In this document: in pieces, positions 5,047 to 6,167 of the stretch
Layout of the letters: every line of letters starts with the position of its first letter
Numbering within the stretch: position 1 is the stretch's first letter
Virus record (IMG/VR): IMGVR_UViG_3300020030_000089
Location: 1-6,167 of that record
Source of the DNA: a virus
Strand: one strand, 5' to 3'
DNA length: 6,167 nt
Notes under the pieces: model-generated
Told to the model about the DNA's origin: nothing
What the model saw: the letters and a program-made list of their open reading frames with translations, nothing else
Database searches by the model: none
Position numbers and translations under genes: made by a program

Positions 5047-6167
5047 ATGAAATATACTCCTGATTTACTTAAAGTCGCTGATCATTGCCAGCATCGCTCT
5101 TTTATAACTAATCGTTACACAGGCCGACGTATTGCTGTAGATTGTGGACAGTGTGATTACTGTATTTATAAGCGTGCTCAAAAAGCGTCCATGCGTGTGA
5201 AGACCGCTGGAAGTGCTTTCGAATATTCTTATTTCGTGACGCTTACTTATGATAATGAGCATATCCCTTTGATGAATTGTGAGGTGCTGCATAATGAGTA
5301 TGAAGATGCTTTAAGTATTTCAGGAGATAAAGTTTTTGGTTATGAGAAACATTCGTATATCCCGGTATCCGAATATAGTTGCTCAGATACATCTCGCTTG
5401 CGTCATATATTCTTTACACAAGTACAGGGTACAGTGCCGTATAACCGTGAGTCGTCTCAGTATGAACCGGTTAAGGATAATTGGTTTCTTTCTATGGATG
5501 CTATCCGCTCCTTTATTGCTAAGACGAAGTCCGCTACACCTTACGGTAAAGAGGGAGAACTTTCCGCTAGATACGGAGATAATCTTATCCCTTATTTGAA
5601 CTATGTCGATGTTCAGAACTATATTAAACGATTGCGTAAACATTTAAAAACAGCTTTAGGTTCTTATGAAACGTTACATTTCTTCGCTGTGGGTGAATAC
5701 GGACCAGTCCATTTCCGCCCGCATTATCATATCTTATTATTCACGAACTCGAAAGAAGTCTCAAAGGTATTACGACAGTGTCATGATAAGAGTTGGAAAC
5801 TCGGTCGTTCAGATTTCCAGGCTTCCCGCGGTGGAGCTTCATCGTACGTTGCGAGTTACATTAATAGCTTTTGCTCTACTCCCCTATTATATAGATCATG
5901 CCGTGCGTTTAGACCCCGTCAAAGAGCATCTATTGGATTTTTTGAAAAAGGCGAGGTTTTTGAGGAAGGTGAAGACATCTATCACGCGATTGAGCAAAAA
6001 ATCGATTCTGTCGTTAATGGAAGAATCTATAACTTCAACGGGATTAGTGTTAACTCAACTCCCCCCATGTCGTATATCCGTACCTTACTCCCCCGATTCT
6101 CAAGTGCTCGCTATGACGATGCTGTTGCGATTGCTAGAATTATTCGAGCTGTTGCAAGCGCGCCAAA
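5047..6167 (+). CDS. VP4: Replication initiation protein VP4 (HUH rolling-circle endonuclease, phiX174 A analogue), N-terminal part. Open at the window end and continues at nt 3..821.
   Basis: My own translation from ATG 5047 has no stop up to 6167. It shows an N-terminal Cys/His cluster (HCQH...CGQCDYC) and motif I FVTLTY (nt 5233-5250). Motif II is HFRPHYHILLF (PHYH at nt 5719-5730). Motif III is YVASYINS, with two Tyr three residues apart (nt 5845-5847 and 5857-5859) as in phiX174 A. This ORF is absent from the supplied ORF track because it lacks a stop in the window. Confidence 0.9.
   Translation, partial: MKYTPDLLKVADHCQHRSFITNRYTGRRIAVDCGQCDYCIYKRAQKASMRVKTAGSAFEYSYFVTLTYDNEHIPLMNCEVLHNEYEDALSISGDKVFGYEKHSYIPVSEYSCSDTSRLRHIFFTQVQGTVPYNRESSQYEPVKDNWFLSMDAIRSFIAKTKSATPYGKEGELSARYGDNLIPYLNYVDVQNYIKRLRKHLKTALGSYETLHFFAVGEYGPVHFRPHYHILLFTNSKEVSKVLRQCHDKSWKLGRSDFQASRGGASSYVASYINSFCSTPLLYRSCRAFRPRQRASIGFFEKGEVFEEGEDIYHAIEQKIDSVVNGRIYNFNGISVNSTPPMSYIRTLLPRFSSARYDDAVAIARIIRAVASAP
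6050..6167. repeat. Terminal redundancy copy 2 (identical to 1-118)
   Basis: Same sequence as 1-118. It lies inside the rep coding frame. Confidence 0.95.

Larger units (their letters stand above)
1..6049 (+). other. One complete unit of a circular Microviridae (gokushovirus/alpavirus-like) ssDNA phage genome, linearised inside the rep gene
   Basis: Exact 118-nt terminal redundancy (offset 6049). The full microvirus core set is present (VP1 capsid, VP2 pilot, VP4 HUH Rep), all on one strand. Genes are tightly packed or overlapping, there is a single long intergenic region, and the size is typical for the family. Confidence 0.9.

Noticed and set aside
5336-5599. 87-aa + strand ORF listed in the track within the rep region.
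   Set aside because: It is out of frame with the rep ORF starting at 5047, which carries the HUH motifs, so it is an alternative-frame artefact.
321-5643. All minus-strand ORFs in the track (321..710, 1839..2156, 2163..2354, 2732..3043, 3073..3645, 3922..4128, 5065..5292, 5383..5643).
   Set aside because: Each lies antisense to a well-supported + strand gene. Their translations are R/S/I/N-rich low-complexity strings, typical of the complement of T3-biased codons. Microviruses transcribe a single strand.
1-6167. Possibility of a CRISPR array, transposon, integrase or toxin-antitoxin/defence system.
   Set aside because: There are no regularly spaced repeats, no terminal inverted repeats, and no recombinase-like or transposase-like ORF. 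The coding capacity is fully accounted for by phage structural, replication and lysis genes plus small orphans.

Overview
The window is one complete, circularly permuted genome of a small ssDNA phage of the family Microviridae. It is gokushovirus/alpavirus-like rather than phiX174-like. The first 118 nt (1-118) are repeated exactly at 6050-6167, the usual overlap left by assembling a circle, so the true unit is 6049 nt. All credible genes are on the + strand and share a strong T-ending codon bias.

Gene order is:
- C-terminal 267 codons of the replication initiator (to 821)
- major capsid protein VP1 (843-2582)
- 150-aa putative internal scaffolding protein (2594-3046)
- DNA pilot/minor capsid protein VP2 (3043-4158)
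- 325-nt structured intergenic region (4159-4483)
- three small overlapping genes: a 64-aa acidic orphan, a 27-aa single-TM peptide and a 98-aa peptidase M15
- N-terminal 340 codons of the replication initiator VP4 (5047 to the window end)

VP4 continues in frame across the circular junction into ORF 18..821, giving one 607-aa HUH Rep. The supplied ORF track misses its N-terminal part because that part has no stop inside the window.

The most interesting points are:
- a translationally coupled membrane peptide plus a minimal zinc peptidase, which looks like a holin/endolysin-type lysis module in a microvirus rather than a phiX174 E-type single-gene lysis protein
- the single long intergenic region, which carries a terminator, nested hairpins and repeats
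- the long uncharacterised C-terminal half of Rep
- start sites mostly without a Shine-Dalgarno sequence, pointing to a Bacteroidota host

No rRNA, tRNA, CRISPR array, integrase or transposase is visible.
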